A stretch of DNA of 64,000 nt. Origin: an uncultured Lachnospiraceae bacterium. Its GTDB lineage: Bacteria; Bacillota; Clostridia; Lachnospirales; Lachnospiraceae. The stretch is taken from assembly GCA_947589315.1 (NCBI GenBank), contig CANPZE010000009.1:3043-67042 (forward strand), written 5' to 3'. The notes beneath the pieces were generated by a model, which ran no database searches, was not told the DNA's origin, and saw nothing but the letters and a program-made list of their open reading frames with translations. Position 1 is the first letter of the stretch. Every line of letters starts with the position of its first letter. Below are positions 53,780-63,438 of this stretch, one piece after another. The position numbers and the translations under genes are program-made.

Positions 53780-56536
53780 ATGAGCACTAGAGTGGTGATG
53801 TCGATGGACAAGGGCTGGAGCTTCCATCTTGGCGACGTTGGCATTGTGTCTGAAAAAACACATGGATATATATATAATACATCAAAGGCAGGTGCTTGTC
53901 CCGGAGTACCGCAGGGAGATTTTGACGCCAGAGATTGGGAGACGGTAGACCTGCCCCACGACTGGGCGATCCGCCAACCCTTTTCAGAAGACGGGGCTGC
54001 GGATTGGGGATATAAAGCAGGAGGGAAGGCCTGGTATCGGAAGTCATTTCTCCTTCCTGAGAAGTTTCAGGGAAAAGAATTAACCATAGAATTTGAGGGA
54101 GTTGCGACCCATGCTGTGGTATATTTTAATGGATCCGTGATCCATCGGAACTTTTCCGCCTATACTCCCTTTCAGATTGATATCTCTGACCGGGCGCATT
54201 TCGGTTCTGTTCCTAATGTGCTGGCTGTTTTTGTCGATGCCGATGCCTGGGAAGGCTGGTGGTATGAAGGGGCCGGCATCTATCGCCATGTCTGGCTGAA
54301 TATAAAGAACCGGGTACACATCCCCCAGTATGGCCTGTCTATCGCTATGGAAGAGGTGGGAGAGAATACCTGGAAGGTAAATCTATATACTGTTATCTGC
54401 AATCAGACAGACAAGGATGTAGAGGTACGCATTCTTACTACGCTTGTAGACCCCGATCAGGAGCTGGAAGTCAATATCAATAATGAAGGAGTAGTCTGCG
54501 AGGCCGGGGAGGATTCTATGGTAGAGACAGAGTTTACCATAGAGGATCCCAAGGTATGGGATATTCACGACCCTAATATTTATAATGTGATCACCAAGGT
54601 GTACCTGGAGGATGAACTGATCGATTCAGACCAGACGGTATGTGGGTTCCGCACGATTGCTATGGATGCAGAAAAGGGGTTCTTATTGAACGGCCGTCCT
54701 GTGAAGCTTTTTGGAACCTGTAACCATCAGGATTTCGGGGGCCTGGGCGTGGCCGTTCCAGACAGTATCCATGAATACAGGATTGAACGGCTGAAGGCAA
54801 TGGGGACTAATGCTTATCGCTGCGCCCATGGGATGCCTCATAAGGAACTTCTGGATGCCTGTGACAGGTTGGGGATGCTGGTGATCGATGAAAATCGCAA
54901 TTTTGAGACTTCAGAGGAAGGATTGGACCAGCTGCGTACAATGGTGATGCGGGACAGAAATCATCCTTCCGTGATCATGTATTCTATATTTAATGAAGAG
55001 CCGTTACAGGGGACTGAGATCGGACGCAGGATGGCTGAGACGATGTGCCGGGAGGTCCGCAGGCTGGACAACAGCCGATTTATCACCGGCGCCATGCACG
55101 GCGGGATACTGAACGAGCAGAGCGCCGTGGATGCGCTGGATGTATGTGGCATCAATTATCAACCGGAGAGCTATGATGCGTTTCATGAGAAATATCCGAA
55201 TAAACCGGTGTTTGCCAGTGAGACTACATCAGCGTTTTCCGTAAGGGGCTGCTATGAGAATGACCCTGAAAAGCATTTATTATCTTCTTACGATGAAAAT
55301 GCAGCAGACTGGGGTTCTACCGTGCGGCAGACATGGAAGGACATCATGGACCGGAATTATATGGCGGGAGCATTTATGTGGACTGGTTTTGATTATCTGG
55401 GAGAACCCAGTCCTTATACCTGGCCCTCGGTATCATCTTTCTTTGGCCTGATGGATTCCTGCGGTTTTCCGAAGGATGCCTTTTATATGGCAAAAAGTAT
55501 TTTTAGCAAAAAGCCCGTATGCCATGTGCTTCCCCATTGGAACCATAAAGGGAAGGAGGGGCAGCCGATCCGGGTGATGTCTCACACCAATTGTGAGGAG
55601 GCGGAGCTGTTTGTGAATGGCAAGTCCTGTGGACGGAAGACGGTAGCTCTGCTGGAGCAGGCCAGCTGGGAGGTTCCGTATGAACCGGGGTATATTGAAT
55701 TAGTGGGATATTATGGGGGATTGAAGGCCGCCCATGATGTTAAGATTACTGCGGGCGCTGCAAAACGGATCAAGGTACAGCCCTGGAAGACGAAATTGTT
55801 TAATGATGGCAGAGATGCCACTCCTGTTTATATTATCGCCGTGGATGAAAAGGGAAGAGAGGTGCCGGATGCAGACTTTGCTGTAGATATCTCTGTGGAA
55901 GGCGGCTGTGTGTTGGGAACCTGCAATGGGGATCCCAACTGCCATGAGGATTACGCTTCTTCCCACAGAAGTCTTTTCCACGGCCGATGTATGGCTGTGG
56001 TGAGGGCAGAGCAAGGTGCGAAGCAGCTTGTAGTATCTGTGGGCGCGCCAGAGCTGAGCTTTGGTACGATCATGATCCCGCTGGCCTCCAGGAAGGGGCC
56101 GGAGTACGTGGAGAGTGTGGATGAACAGTTCCTGTCAGAATGGAAGATGACAGCTGCCCTATATGAGGAGAGGCCGGATGTGAATATGCAGGTGGATGAT
56201 TTTGATATGAACACCTGGATTGATGTGCATGTGGACGACAAATCCGGCATTCCCAGCCAGCTGGAGAATCAGGAAGGAAAGTATGTGATCTACCGCCTGC
56301 GTACCAGGATCCCTGAACAGATCAACGGAAATGTGCCGACTCTGCATTTTAACGGATTGTGGGGAGAATGCGAGGTATATGTTAATGGGCAGAAGCGGGC
56401 AGAATGCCGGAACCCCTGGCCGGAACCCTTAGACGTACAGCTCCAGGAAAAGGATAAAGGGGAAGCGGAAATCCGGGTATTGGTCAAGAGCTGCAACTTT
56501 GGCGCCGGATTACATTCCTCAGTTGTTTTGCGTTGA
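53780..56536 (+). CDS. GH2 glycoside hydrolase (beta-galactosidase/beta-glucuronidase family)
   Basis: DWETVDLPHDW, the sugar-binding, Ig and TIM domain order, and NHPSVIMYSIFNEE (acid/base Glu). ATG 53780 follows GGAGG. Confidence 0.9.
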   Translation: MSTRVVMSMDKGWSFHLGDVGIVSEKTHGYIYNTSKAGACPGVPQGDFDARDWETVDLPHDWAIRQPFSEDGAADWGYKAGGKAWYRKSFLLPEKFQGKELTIEFEGVATHAVVYFNGSVIHRNFSAYTPFQIDISDRAHFGSVPNVLAVFVDADAWEGWWYEGAGIYRHVWLNIKNRVHIPQYGLSIAMEEVGENTWKVNLYTVICNQTDKDVEVRILTTLVDPDQELEVNINNEGVVCEAGEDSMVETEFTIEDPKVWDIHDPNIYNVITKVYLEDELIDSDQTVCGFRTIAMDAEKGFLLNGRPVKLFGTCNHQDFGGLGVAVPDSIHEYRIERLKAMGTNAYRCAHGMPHKELLDACDRLGMLVIDENRNFETSEEGLDQLRTMVMRDRNHPSVIMYSIFNEEPLQGTEIGRRMAETMCREVRRLDNSRFITGAMHGGILNEQSAVDALDVCGINYQPESYDAFHEKYPNKPVFASETTSAFSVRGCYENDPEKHLLSSYDENAADWGSTVRQTWKDIMDRNYMAGAFMWTGFDYLGEPSPYTWPSVSSFFGLMDSCGFPKDAFYMAKSIFSKKPVCHVLPHWNHKGKEGQPIRVMSHTNCEEAELFVNGKSCGRKTVALLEQASWEVPYEPGYIELVGYYGGLKAAHDVKITAGAAKRIKVQPWKTKLFNDGRDATPVYIIAVDEKGREVPDADFAVDISVEGGCVLGTCNGDPNCHEDYASSHRSLFHGRCMAVVRAEQGAKQLVVSVGAPELSFGTIMIPLASRKGPEYVESVDEQFLSEWKMTAALYEERPDVNMQVDDFDMNTWIDVHVDDKSGIPSQLENQEGKYVIYRLRTRIPEQINGNVPTLHFNGLWGECEVYVNGQKRAECRNPWPEPLDVQLQEKDKGEAEIRVLVKSCNFGAGLHSSVVLR

Positions 56537-56562
56537 CAGGCACTGGGGCGCGGAGGCAAAGG

Positions 56563-57870
56563 ATGATAAAAAAGACAGATGTTGTTATAGTAGGGACCGG
56601 CGCGGCAGGCCTGTTCTGTGCGCTGCATATCCCTCCAGAGCTGGAAGTTCTGATGATAACGAAAGATGAAGTAGACAAGAGTGATTCCTTTCTGGCTCAG
56701 GGAGGAATCTGCATGCTCCGGGATGATCAGGACTATGACGGTTATTTTGAGGATACCATGCGGGCGGGGCATTATGAGAATGACAGTGCTTCTGTCGATG
56801 TAATGATCCGTTCCTCCCAGCAGGTGGTGAAGGAACTGCTGGGATATGGCGTAGAGTTTGAGCAGGATGAAGAGGGGCTGGTATTTACCCGGGAAGGAGG
56901 GCATTCCAGGCCCAGGATTCTTTTCCACAAGGATGTCACCGGCAGGGAGATTACCAGTAAATTACTGGAACGGGCCCGGGAACGGGATAATATTAAGATT
57001 TATGACCATACCATGATGCTGGATCTGCTCTGTGATACATCGGCCTGTTATGGCCTGGTAGTCTGCAACAGGGCCAAAGAGATCTTTGGGATACAGGCTG
57101 AATATACGGTGTTGGCCTGTGGCGGCCTGGGCGGGCTCTATAAGCATTCTACGAATTTTCGCCATATTACAGGGGATGCGCTGGCGATCGCTCTCCGCCA
57201 TGATATTGAATTGGAGCATATCAATTACATACAGATCCATCCTACAACGCTGTATTCCGAGAAGCCAGGGCGCCGCTTCTTGATCTCGGAATCGGTGCGG
57301 GGAGAGGGAGCTATTCTTTTGAATAAGAAGAAAGAACGGTTTGTGGACGAGCTGCTTCCCAGGGATGTGGTTACCCAGGCCATTCATCAGCAGATGGAGA
57401 AGGATGGCATGCCGTATGTATGGCTGTCTCTGGAGAAGATTCCCCAGGAGGAGATACGCAGCCATTTCCCCAACATTTACCAGAAATGTCTGGAGGAAGG
57501 GTATGATGTGACCCGGGAATGCATACCGGTAGTCCCGGCCCAGCATTATTTTATGGGAGGGATTAAGGTAAACCTGTCAAGCAGGACCTCCCTGCCCCGC
57601 CTTTATGCGGTGGGAGAGACTTCCTGTAACGGGGTGCATGGGGCCAACCGGCTGGCCAGCAATTCTTTACTGGAATCCATGGTATTTGCCGAGAGAGCGG
57701 CGAGAGAGATCGGACTTCAACATGGGACTGTATCGGAACGGATGCCGGAAGGGCTGTATCATCCGGAGGCATACTCCGATCTGGAGGGGTTGAGGGAAGA
57801 ATATCAGAGAACAGTAAGAAAGGCGATCCGGGAGGCGGAGGACCGAAGGAAGGATAGCAGGCCGGAATAG
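56563..57870 (+). CDS. nadB: L-aspartate oxidase
   Basis: FAD motif DVVIVGTGAAGL, NGVHGANRLASNSLLE, and adjacency to nadC. Confidence 0.93.
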   Translation: MIKKTDVVIVGTGAAGLFCALHIPPELEVLMITKDEVDKSDSFLAQGGICMLRDDQDYDGYFEDTMRAGHYENDSASVDVMIRSSQQVVKELLGYGVEFEQDEEGLVFTREGGHSRPRILFHKDVTGREITSKLLERARERDNIKIYDHTMMLDLLCDTSACYGLVVCNRAKEIFGIQAEYTVLACGGLGGLYKHSTNFRHITGDALAIALRHDIELEHINYIQIHPTTLYSEKPGRRFLISESVRGEGAILLNKKKERFVDELLPRDVVTQAIHQQMEKDGMPYVWLSLEKIPQEEIRSHFPNIYQKCLEEGYDVTRECIPVVPAQHYFMGGIKVNLSSRTSLPRLYAVGETSCNGVHGANRLASNSLLESMVFAERAAREIGLQHGTVSERMPEGLYHPEAYSDLEGLREEYQRTVRKAIREAEDRRKDSRPE

Positions 57871-57895
57871 AATAGATGGCAAAATGGAGGTAACA

Positions 57896-58750
57896 ATGAC
57901 AGACCCGATCATGATGAAATTAAATATAGATCCGCTGCTTTGGCAGGCATTGCAGGAGGATATCTCCAGCGAGGATATTACTACCAATTCTGTGATGAAG
58001 GAGTACAGAAAAGGCGAGGTACAGCTGATCTGCAAACAGGATGGGATCATTGCCGGCCTGCCGGTATTCCAAAGAGTATTTGAGCTATTGGATGATTCGG
58101 CAGAGTTCCGGTTTTCTGTAAAGGATGGAGACTGCGTGGCTGCAGGACAACAGATGGGAGTTGTGACCGGGGATATCCGGGCGCTTCTGTCTGGGGAGCG
58201 TACAGCATTAAACTACCTGCAGCGCATGAGTGGGATCGCCACCTATACCAATTCTGTTGTTAAGCTGCTGGAAGGGAGTGGGACTACACTGTTGGATACC
58301 CGTAAGACTACGCCGAATATGCGCATTTTTGAAAAATATGCAGTACGGGTCGGAGGGGGACAGAATCACCGCTATAACCTGTCCGATGGGATCCTGTTGA
58401 AGGATAACCATATTGGGGCAGCCGGCAGTGTGGCAAAGGCAGTACAGATGGCCAGGGAATATGCTCCATTTGTAAGGAAGATTGAAGTGGAAGTGGAAAA
58501 TCTGGATATGGTAAGAGAAGCTGTGGAAGCGGGAGCAGATATTATTATGCTGGATAATATGACGCCAGAGCAGATGAAGGAAGCCGTGAAACTGATCAAT
58601 GGCAGGGCTTTAACAGAATGCTCCGGCAATGTCACCAGAGAGTCGATAAAGGATATCCTAGCGGTGGGTGTGGATTATGTGTCCAGCGGGGCATTGACAC
58701 ATTCTGCGCCGATCATGGATATTTCTTTGAAAAATTTGCATGCTATATAG
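57896..58750 (+). CDS. nadC: nicotinate-nucleotide pyrophosphorylase (carboxylating)
   Basis: ERTALNYLQRMSGIAT, LDTRKTTP and IMLDNM motifs. Alternative start at 57884. Confidence 0.93.
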   Translation: MTDPIMMKLNIDPLLWQALQEDISSEDITTNSVMKEYRKGEVQLICKQDGIIAGLPVFQRVFELLDDSAEFRFSVKDGDCVAAGQQMGVVTGDIRALLSGERTALNYLQRMSGIATYTNSVVKLLEGSGTTLLDTRKTTPNMRIFEKYAVRVGGGQNHRYNLSDGILLKDNHIGAAGSVAKAVQMAREYAPFVRKIEVEVENLDMVREAVEAGADIIMLDNMTPEQMKEAVKLINGRALTECSGNVTRESIKDILAVGVDYVSSGALTHSAPIMDISLKNLHAI

Positions 58751-58777
58751 TGTTATAGTGGAGAGGAGGTAGTTACG

Positions 58778-59815
58778 ATGAACCCAAAAGCGATTCATTA
58801 TTTATCTTATGGTCTTTTTGTTTTAACGGTAAAGGAAGGGGAGAAGGATAACGGATGCATCATTAACACAGGGATCCAGGTGACGTCCCAGCCGAATCAC
58901 ATTTCTATTACTGTCAATAAAGAAAATGCCACACATGATATGGTAAAGGCTTCCGGTTGCTTTAACATATCGATTATCAGTGAAAAGGCAGACTTTTCTT
59001 TATTTCAGCGATTTGGTTTTCAGTCAGGAAGAGATACGGACAAATTTGCCGGCTTTGAGGGAAAGCAGCGCAGTGAGAATGGTGTATTCTATGTGACAGA
59101 GGGAACGAATGCATACATCAGCGCTACGGTAAAGCAGACAATTGATCTGGGTACGCATACTATGTTTATTGCCGCTGTAGATAATATGGAGGTATTGGAC
59201 GATATTCCTTCTGCAACTTACACATATTATCATGCCAATATCAAGCCAAAGCCCGAAGATACCGGGCGCCGGAAAGATGGCAAGACCGTGTGGCGCTGTA
59301 AGATCTGCGGGTATGAATATGTAGGAGAGGAATTGCCTGAGGATTATATCTGTCCGATCTGTAAGCATCCCGCATCTGATTTTGAAAAGGTAGCCAGTGG
59401 TCCGGCACAGTCCGATAGAGAGGAGAACCGTGAAATGGAATTAAAATATTGCATTTGCAGGCATTGTGGAAATATTGTTTCTATGGTGGAGGATAAGGGA
59501 GTACCGTTGTTGTGCTGTGGGGAGCAAATGGAAGAGCTCGTCCCTGGTACGCAGGAGGCCTCTCAGGAGAAGCATCTTCCTGTCATTTCCCGTTCCGGCA
59601 ACCGTGTGACAGTGACAGTGGGGGAGGAGGAGCATGTTATGATCCCCACGCATTATATTCAGTGGATTTCGATCGCTACCAATCAGGGAGAGCAGAGAAA
59701 AATGCTCAGTCCCTCTGGCAAGCCCCAGGCAGAGTTCCTGCTGGCAGAGGGGGAGGAATTGATCGCTGCTTATGAATACTGCAACCAGCATGGTTTGTGG
59801 AAGACGAATGCATAG
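58778..59815 (+). CDS. fusion protein: flavin reductase domain, rubredoxin, and desulfoferrodoxin (superoxide reductase)
   Basis: N-terminal flavin-reductase-like region (about 165 aa). Rubredoxin WRCKICGYEY...CPICKHP. Dfx centre I CICRHCG...LCCG, and centre II ligands EKHLP, HVMIPTH, CNQHG. Confidence 0.85.
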   Translation: MNPKAIHYLSYGLFVLTVKEGEKDNGCIINTGIQVTSQPNHISITVNKENATHDMVKASGCFNISIISEKADFSLFQRFGFQSGRDTDKFAGFEGKQRSENGVFYVTEGTNAYISATVKQTIDLGTHTMFIAAVDNMEVLDDIPSATYTYYHANIKPKPEDTGRRKDGKTVWRCKICGYEYVGEELPEDYICPICKHPASDFEKVASGPAQSDREENREMELKYCICRHCGNIVSMVEDKGVPLLCCGEQMEELVPGTQEASQEKHLPVISRSGNRVTVTVGEEEHVMIPTHYIQWISIATNQGEQRKMLSPSGKPQAEFLLAEGEELIAAYEYCNQHGLWKTNA

Positions 59816-59833
59816 GATCGGGATGGAGTTAAG

Positions 59834-60610
59834 ATGGACGAAAAGGCAAGGCCTGTCGGCGTATTTGATTCTGGAGTAGGTGGGATCAGCGTATTGAGAG
59901 AGTTGATACAGCAGATGCCCGATGAGGATTATATTTATTTTGGCGATTCCCAGAATGCTCCTTATGGAACCCAGGATCCGGAGCAGGTCCGGCAGCTGAC
60001 GATCCGCAATGTAGAATATTTGATGGAACTGGGGGCGAAATCGGTGGTCGTTGCCTGTAACACGGCCACCAGCGCTGCCGTGGCCATACTTCGCAAAATG
60101 TATCCGGAGCTTCCCCTGGTGGGCATGGAGCCGGCGATCAAGCCGGCGGTATTACATAAACCAGGCTCCCGGATTGTTGTTATGGCTACCCCTATGACAT
60201 TGCGGCAGGAAAAGTTCCGGCTATTGCTTGACCGGTATAAGGAGCAGGCAGAAATCATTCCGTTGCCCTGTCCCGGGCTGATGGAATTTATTGAACGGGG
60301 AGACCTGGAGGGGGAGGATCTGCGCCAGTATCTGACAGAGCTTTTCCAACAACTGGGGCAGAAACCCATCGATGGGATCGTCCTGGGCTGTACCCACTAT
60401 CCCTTTGCCCGCAGGATGATCCAAGAGGTAGCGGGGGATCAGGTGAAGATCTTTGACGGAGGGGAAGGGACGGCCAGAGAAATGAAACGGAGACTGAAGG
60501 CGGCGGGGCTGCTGCGGGAGGGCAGTGGAAGAGGAAAGGTTACTTTTCTGAACAGCCGGAACACTAACGAAGAATTTGCTTTATGTGAACAGTTATTGAG
60601 ACAGACGTAA
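59834..60610 (+). CDS. murI: glutamate racemase
   Basis: VFDSGVGGISV, VVACNTATS and LGCTHYP motifs. Confidence 0.95.
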   Translation: MDEKARPVGVFDSGVGGISVLRELIQQMPDEDYIYFGDSQNAPYGTQDPEQVRQLTIRNVEYLMELGAKSVVVACNTATSAAVAILRKMYPELPLVGMEPAIKPAVLHKPGSRIVVMATPMTLRQEKFRLLLDRYKEQAEIIPLPCPGLMEFIERGDLEGEDLRQYLTELFQQLGQKPIDGIVLGCTHYPFARRMIQEVAGDQVKIFDGGEGTAREMKRRLKAAGLLREGSGRGKVTFLNSRNTNEEFALCEQLLRQT

Positions 60611-60630
60611 AAAGAAGGAGATGGGTATCT

Positions 60631-62292
60631 ATGCAGGAGCAGGATATGCAGGACAGAGACGGGAGGAAACTGGTCTCAATTTCCCGGGAAGCGGTAAAGG
60701 GATTTGTCCTGGCTATAAGAGATGCCTATGATGAAATCTATGAGCTGGCGCCTTATGAAGATGCAGTATATTTTTGGAAAAATCTTCAAAGGACAGAATT
60801 AGAAGGAAGAACGGTAAAATATTCAGAGTATTTCTGGGAGTTCCTGGATGATACGGTGTATCCCTATGATTGCAGCAAATATAAAGAACGGTTTGAGCTG
60901 GAGCAAATGATCCATTTTATGGAAAGGGGAGAAGAGCTGTTTAAGGTACAGGTGCGTTTTCGGGATTCCTTTGTACGGAATTTCCCGCTGCCTGTCCTGC
61001 CGCCAGAGCAGACGGACTTTCCGGAACAAAGCTTTCCCCGCCAGTCCCGCGGAGGGGATTGGATGGAGATCACAGTCTGCAATTCGCCGTTACATACCGG
61101 AAAGCTTATCGTGCTGGTAAAAAATATCCAGAAGGAAAAGATTAACAGTATAGTATCTAAATTGGCAGTAGGGGATTATGATTATGTGATCTGCATCCAG
61201 GTAATAGACGGAAAGTTTATCATCTGCTCTTCCCGGAATGATATGACGGATACGGAGAAAAGCTATGATCTGGATTACGAGGGAGAGCTGATCCCTTATG
61301 CCTATAGCTATATTGAGTCGGAACATATTAATGATGTGATTACGAAAATGAGCCTGGCTGAGATCGTAAAAGGATTGGAAAGCCAGGAGGAATATATTGT
61401 AGATGCTTCTCTGTGGGAAAATGGCGTCCTGCATCACAAAAAACACCGCTTTATCTATTGGGATCAGGAAAAGACCAGGATCTTGATGAGCCGCACGGAT
61501 GTGACGGAACAGATTGAGCAGGAGCGGGCGCAGCGCAGGAAGATACATGCCGCCTATCAGGAAGCGGCTAAGGCGAGCCAGGCAAAGAGTGAATTTATAT
61601 CACAGATGAGCCATGACATCCGCACGCCGCTGAATTCTATTATGGGGATGACGGTGATCGCAGGGACGCATGTGGAAGACAAGGATCAGGTGATCAGCTG
61701 TCTGAATAATATCGTATACGCCGGAAAACATCTTTTGTCCCTGGTTAATGAGGTGCTGGATGTGAGCCGGATGGAGAGCGGGAGGATGAAGCTGGAGAAG
61801 GAAGCCTTCTTTATGGATGAGGCTCTGTCGCAGATGACAGAAATGATACAGGGGCTGATCACAGAACATAACCATACCTTGAAAACAGATTTTGATCAGA
61901 TCGATCATAGGCTGCTCTTGGGCGACCTCCAGCATATGAACCAGATTTTTCTGAATCTGATGGGAAATTCTATTAAATATACGCCGGACGGAGGAGAATT
62001 GAAATTCTGTATGCGGAAAATGGGACAGAGAAAGGATCATCATTTTGTCTATGAGATGGTGATAGAGGATAATGGCATTGGAATGTCCCAGGAGTATCTG
62101 CACCATATTTTTGAACCCTTTAGCAGGGCGCAGGACAGCCGGATCAATCAGGTGCCGGGCAGTGGACTTGGCATGACGATTGTCAGGAATCTTGTCCGTC
62201 TGATGGATGGCGAGATTTCGGTGGAGAGCCATATGGGACAGGGGACCCGTTTTTGTGTGGCATTGCCCTTTGAGGAGATTGATAAGAAATAA
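60631..62292 (+). CDS. cytoplasmic sensor histidine kinase (no TM) with an uncharacterized N-terminal domain of about 300 aa
   Basis: H-box MSHDIRTPLNSIMG and HATPase (EDNGIGM, GSGLGMTIV). No adjacent response regulator. Confidence 0.85.
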   Translation: MQEQDMQDRDGRKLVSISREAVKGFVLAIRDAYDEIYELAPYEDAVYFWKNLQRTELEGRTVKYSEYFWEFLDDTVYPYDCSKYKERFELEQMIHFMERGEELFKVQVRFRDSFVRNFPLPVLPPEQTDFPEQSFPRQSRGGDWMEITVCNSPLHTGKLIVLVKNIQKEKINSIVSKLAVGDYDYVICIQVIDGKFIICSSRNDMTDTEKSYDLDYEGELIPYAYSYIESEHINDVITKMSLAEIVKGLESQEEYIVDASLWENGVLHHKKHRFIYWDQEKTRILMSRTDVTEQIEQERAQRRKIHAAYQEAAKASQAKSEFISQMSHDIRTPLNSIMGMTVIAGTHVEDKDQVISCLNNIVYAGKHLLSLVNEVLDVSRMESGRMKLEKEAFFMDEALSQMTEMIQGLITEHNHTLKTDFDQIDHRLLLGDLQHMNQIFLNLMGNSIKYTPDGGELKFCMRKMGQRKDHHFVYEMVIEDNGIGMSQEYLHHIFEPFSRAQDSRINQVPGSGLGMTIVRNLVRLMDGEISVESHMGQGTRFCVALPFEEIDKK

Positions 62293-62464
62293 TAAAAAGC
62301 TGGCAATAGTACTTTTCAGCGCTGAATTGGCATAGGGAGAACGTGGGGATTTTCCATTTTTTGTCACGTTTTTTCCAGTGTTACGGTTATTATATATGTC
62401 AAATTCAGATAAAGCAGATGTGTCAAAAGCAGAACATGTCTGCTAAGAGAAAGAGAGGTACATT

Positions 62465-63250
62465 GTGGTTAGGAAATACGGTGACAAACTATGCAGACTC
62501 GTAGCGGTACACGGAGGACCAGGCGCGCCGGGTTCTGCAGCGGGGTTAGCCCGGAAGCTGGGAGAGGTCTATGGGGTATTGGAACCGATGCAATTCGGTT
62601 GTTCCATTGAGGAGCAGGCATATGAACTGAAACGCCAGATAGAGAAAAATATGGTAATGCCTGTGATTCTGATCGGACATTCCTGGGGTGCGCTTCTGGC
62701 TGGCATTGTTGCCTGGAAAAACCCGGATATCATTTCAAAGGTCATCTTATTAGGCTGTCCTCCTCTCAGTACAGAATATATATCAGAAATCGATTCCCGA
62801 AGAAAGAAAAATATGTCCTGGGAAGAGGGTGTGCTGTTTGATTCGCTGGCAGCCGCTCTGGAAGAGGGGACTGGAAGAAATAAAGGCAGCTTATTGGAGC
62901 AGTTGAATGAATTAGCAGAAAAAAGTGATTATTATGAGAAGGATCCTCAGAAGAGGGATGCGGACGATAATTTTCCTCTGGAAGAAGAGGTTTACTGTAA
63001 AGTGTGGCCAGAGGTGGAAGAATGGCGAAAAAAGGGAAAGCTGCTTCAGATTTTCTCAGAGATTGAGGCGGATATGGTGCTTATTCAGGGAGAAGAGGAC
63101 CCTCATCCCTATCAGGGAGTTACTGAACCCTTAAAGAAGATGGGGATAGAATTGAGAGTGCATTTGATCCCCCGGTGCGGCCATAAGCTCTGGGAAGAAA
63201 AATATGGAGCAGAGGAGTTCTATCAGACGCTTTTTTCGGAACTGCCTTAA
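62465..63250 (+). CDS. alpha/beta hydrolase
   Basis: HGGPG oxyanion region, nucleophile elbow GHSWG and a C-terminal CGH. GTG start follows AGAGAGG. Confidence 0.8.
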   Translation: MVRKYGDKLCRLVAVHGGPGAPGSAAGLARKLGEVYGVLEPMQFGCSIEEQAYELKRQIEKNMVMPVILIGHSWGALLAGIVAWKNPDIISKVILLGCPPLSTEYISEIDSRRKKNMSWEEGVLFDSLAAALEEGTGRNKGSLLEQLNELAEKSDYYEKDPQKRDADDNFPLEEEVYCKVWPEVEEWRKKGKLLQIFSEIEADMVLIQGEEDPHPYQGVTEPLKKMGIELRVHLIPRCGHKLWEEKYGAEEFYQTLFSELP

Positions 63251-63346
63251 TAAATAAATTATATTAAAACATTCTGTCAGATTCGTTGCTATATCACTCT
63301 ACTTTCTTAGGTTTTTTTTATCTGCGTAAATTACCGTGAATTTTCA

Positions 63347-63376
63347 TTGAATATTGTAAAAAAAAAATGCTAGAAT
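63347..63376 (+). promoter_or_regulatory. candidate promoter for the chemoreceptor gene
   Basis: TTGAAT (63347-63352), an 18-nt spacer, then TGC-TAGAAT (extended -10, 63368-63376). Confidence 0.5.
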
Positions 63377-63438
63377 GTAAGCGTCAATTGACTAAAATTG
63401 ATATAAAATGTCATAAAATAAAAAGTAGAGGTAGTGAA

